From IMG/VR virus record IMGVR_UViG_3300030708_001134, positions 1-28,397 of that record: a DNA stretch of 28,397 nucleotides; one strand, 5' to 3'. Positions 25,635-28,397 of the stretch are shown here, piece after piece (within the stretch, counting starts at the first letter, position 1; every line of letters begins with the position of its first letter). The stretch is from a virus. Lineage: Duplodnaviria > Caudoviricetes. The notes under the pieces were generated by a model. It did no database searches, was not told the origin of the DNA, and saw only the letters and a list, made by a program, of their open reading frames with translations. Both the position numbers and the translations under genes were made by a program.

Positions 25635-27361
25635 ACAACGTCCTAGAGGCGTTACAGGGCGACTTCAAGCTGTTTCTACAGGCAATGTGGTCTCAGCTTG
25701 ATCTACCCGAGCCTACTAAAGCACAATACGCAATCGCTGATTACTTACAGCACGGTCCAAAACGACTGCAGATTCAAGCCTTCCGTGGGGTTGGTAAGTC
25801 TTGGATTACAGGTGCGTTCGTGTTGTGGGTCCTTTTTAACAACCCTGAAAAGAAGATTATGATTATTTCCGCTTCTAAGGAGCGTGCAGATAACATGTCT
25901 ATCTTCTTACAAAAACTTATCATTGAAACGCCATGGCTTTCTCATTTACGCCCGAAGTCCGACGATGCAAGGTGGTCGCGGATAAGCTTCGATGTGAACT
26001 GCTCACCAGCCCAAGCTCCAAGCGTAAAAAGCGTGGGCATCACTGGGCAGCTAACCGGAAGCCGCGCAGATTTAATGATTCTAGACGACATTGAAGTTCC
26101 TGGTAACTCAATGACAGAAATGATGCGGTCTAAGCTTCTACAACTTTGCACAGAAGCTGAGTCTATCCTTACACCAAAGGATGACTCCCGCATTATGTAC
26201 CTCGGTACACCTCAAACTACATTTACGGTCTATAAGAAGCTTGCAGAGCGTAATTACAGACCTCTTGTGTGGCCTGCACGGGTTCCACGCAAGATGGCTA
26301 ACTACGAAGGCGTCATAGCCCCACAACTGCAGGCTGACATCGATAACGGTGCTCAACCGTGGGATGTAACTGACCCAGACCGTTTCCAAGATGATGATCT
26401 ACTCGAACGTGAAGCGTCCATGGGACGTAGTAACTTCATGCTTCAGTTTATGCTCGATACGAGCCTTTCTGACGCAGAGAAGTTCCCACTTAAAAACAGT
26501 GACCTCATCGTCACTTCTGTTAATCCTACTGACGCTCCAGACAACATCATCTGGTGCTCAGACCCCCAAAATTGTATCAAAGAACTCCCGACTGTCGGAC
26601 TACCTGGAGATTATTTCTACAGTCCAATGCAGCTCCAGGGGGAATGGGGTCCTTACTCTGACTCAATCTGCAGCGTTGACCCGTCGGGTCGTGGATCGGA
26701 TGAAACGGTTGCAGCTTATATCAGTCAACGAAATGGTGTCATGTACTTGCACGAAATGCGTGCTTACTCGGACGGATACAGCGACAACACGTTACTGGAC
26801 ATTCTAAGAGGTTGTAAAAAGTACGGAACTAAGACACTGCTTATTGAATCTAACTTTGGAGACGGTATCGTTGCTGAACTATTTAGAAAACATCTTCAAC
26901 AAACTAAACAAGCCATCCACATCGAAGAGACACGTGCCAACGTACGTAAAGAAGACAGAATTATTGACACCCTTGAGCCTGTACTTAATCAACACCGGCT
27001 TGTTGTAGACAAAAAAGTAGTTGAATGGGATTACGCTTCTAATCCTGACACAGCACCTGAGAAACGACTTGAATACATGCTTTTCTACCAGATGAGCCGT
27101 ATGTGTCGTGAAAAAGGTGCAGTTAGACACGACGACAGGATAGATGCACTAGCACAAGGCGTTAAATACTTTACCGACATCCTTTCTATCTCAGCACAGC
27201 AACAGATCATTGATCGTAAACGTGAAGAGTGGAACGACCTCATAACTAACTGGGAAGATGACCGTGATTGTTTTGCCAGTCACCTTGTTTTTAACCTTAA
27301 TATGGAACAAAGAAACAAGTCAAGAGGCAACGACAAAAATGGAGTCTCCACCTGGGTTTAG
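25631..27361 (+). CDS. Terminase large subunit (DNA maturase B, gp19-like)
   Basis: Walker A QAFRGVGKSWIT, Walker B LMILDDIE, YLGTPQ, and nuclease motifs VDPSGRGSDET, IESNFGDG and HDDRIDAL. Confidence 0.97.
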   Translation: MNNVLEALQGDFKLFLQAMWSQLDLPEPTKAQYAIADYLQHGPKRLQIQAFRGVGKSWITGAFVLWVLFNNPEKKIMIISASKERADNMSIFLQKLIIETPWLSHLRPKSDDARWSRISFDVNCSPAQAPSVKSVGITGQLTGSRADLMILDDIEVPGNSMTEMMRSKLLQLCTEAESILTPKDDSRIMYLGTPQTTFTVYKKLAERNYRPLVWPARVPRKMANYEGVIAPQLQADIDNGAQPWDVTDPDRFQDDDLLEREASMGRSNFMLQFMLDTSLSDAEKFPLKNSDLIVTSVNPTDAPDNIIWCSDPQNCIKELPTVGLPGDYFYSPMQLQGEWGPYSDSICSVDPSGRGSDETVAAYISQRNGVMYLHEMRAYSDGYSDNTLLDILRGCKKYGTKTLLIESNFGDGIVAELFRKHLQQTKQAIHIEETRANVRKEDRIIDTLEPVLNQHRLVVDKKVVEWDYASNPDTAPEKRLEYMLFYQMSRMCREKGAVRHDDRIDALAQGVKYFTDILSISAQQQIIDRKREEWNDLITNWEDDRDCFASHLVFNLNMEQRNKSRGNDKNGVSTWV

Positions 27362-27378
27362 AGCGGTCCCACATGTAT

Positions 27379-27430
27379 ACAGGAGGAAGGGTGGACCTCC
27401 TGTGACTAGGGGATCTTCGGATCCCCCTTA
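27379..27430 (+). terminator. Tandem hairpins after terL (terminator-like or processing/stability element)
   Basis: ACAGGAGG (27379-27386)/CCTCCTGT (27396-27403) and GGGGATC-TTCG-GATCCCC (27409-27426). The U-tract is weak. Confidence 0.55.
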
Positions 27431-27495
27431 TCTAATGAAACTAGACAACTGATGATCACGATGACGTGTTCATTCGGTGACTCCTTTACTACTGT

Positions 27496-28122
27496 ATGTC
27501 CTCCGTCCAACTAATTCATTCAACTCCTAACGGTGATGACCTCGTAGCTTACATGGCACGTGTGTCTAACCCTAATAATCAGAACAACACTGAGACCAGT
27601 GCAAGGCTGATTAAATATCTTATTAAACATAAACACTGGTCACCGTTTGAGATGGTGAACATGTGCGTAGAAATCAACACTACTCGTAGTATTGCTGCTC
27701 AAATTCTTCGTCATCGTAGCTTTAGTTTTCAAGAGTTTTCCCAGCGTTATGCTGAGGTAACTGCTAAACCTGATGCTCTTGTCGTTCGTCGTCAAGATGA
27801 TAAGAACAGGCAATCTAGTATTGATGACGTTGATCCTTATACCTCTCAGGACTTTCAAATCAAAGCTCAACAAGTATATGACTTGTCATACGGTTTATAC
27901 AACGAAATGCTAGCAGCAGGCATTGCTAAAGAATGTGCGCGGGAGGTCTTACCTATGTCAGCACCTACAAAGCTGTACATGAACGGCACATTGCGGTCTT
28001 GGATCCATTATACGGAGCTTAGATGTGCAAACGGTACGCAATTAGAACATCAACAGATTGCAATACAGTGTCGTGACCTGATTAAAGACAGTTTTCCGCA
28101 GGTTTACGCAGCATTATGGTAG
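27496..28122 (+). CDS. thyX: Flavin-dependent thymidylate synthase
   Basis: ARVS, HWSPFE, the ThyX motif QILRHRSFSFQEFSQRY, KECAREVLP and TQLEH. Confidence 0.96.
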   Translation: MSSVQLIHSTPNGDDLVAYMARVSNPNNQNNTETSARLIKYLIKHKHWSPFEMVNMCVEINTTRSIAAQILRHRSFSFQEFSQRYAEVTAKPDALVVRRQDDKNRQSSIDDVDPYTSQDFQIKAQQVYDLSYGLYNEMLAAGIAKECAREVLPMSAPTKLYMNGTLRSWIHYTELRCANGTQLEHQQIAIQCRDLIKDSFPQVYAALW

Positions 28123-28211
28123 TTTGGTCCGTCGTATGGATGCTGTTTGTACTAATGTCAGCAGTATCCTACGTTATTTACAAGGTCATAAATTTTGACA
28201 AAAATGTTTGA
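28116..28211 (+). CDS. Small single-TM protein (31 aa)
   Basis: Translates as MVVWSVVWMLFVLMSAVSYVIYKVINFDKNV. It overlaps the thyX stop and forms one clean hydrophobic helix. Confidence 0.55.
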   Translation: MVVWSVVWMLFVLMSAVSYVIYKVINFDKNV

Positions 28212-28397
28212 AGCCTATTAACGTGTATGGCGGGGCGCCGTTACCCCCATGGCCCCCGGTTCGAGCCGGTAGAACGCAGTTCTAACCCCTTTGCCAGTGT
28301 TTAACAGCACCACGCGGGCACAGGCAGGCGCGGTAGTTGGTATCCTGCGGGGTGTCAATCACACGCGATCTGTCGCGACGGCTTAGCTACGCTAATT
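28212..28397. other. Non-coding probable genome end / terminal-repeat region
   Basis: No ORF in the track, GC-rich with C-runs and short hairpins (CCGGTTCGAGCCGG), and located after the packaging genes where T7-like genomes end. No second repeat copy is visible in the window. Confidence 0.4.

Noticed and set aside
28195-28221. Sigma70 promoter TTGACA...TATTAA
   Set aside because: The spacer is only 15 nt and no downstream gene is visible in the window.

Overview
This is the late (right-hand) region of a T7-like marine cyanopodovirus (Autographiviridae). All supported genes are on the + strand. In order: the 3' part of a small outer-membrane beta-barrel gene, psbA (D1), a ~490-nt RNA-dense psbA-capsid interval, major capsid plus terminator, tail tubular A/B, internal virion proteins gp13-gp16, three tail fibre genes and a probable chaperone, a cluster of small membrane/secreted proteins, small terminase, HNH-like and basic ORFs, large terminase, thyX and a probable genome-end region. 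The most striking observation is at 1501-1701: a glutamine-II (Downstream-peptide) riboswitch whose normally tiny P2 hairpin encloses an entire 54-codon ORF, with the start codon in the P2 stem and the stop codon in the conserved aptamer core. It is followed by a DUF4278-like YRGVxY peptide gene, a tRNA-like mini-domain and a structured capsid leader. Neither small ORF is in the supplied ORF track. All family assignments come from motif recognition and gene order; no searches or folding computations were run.
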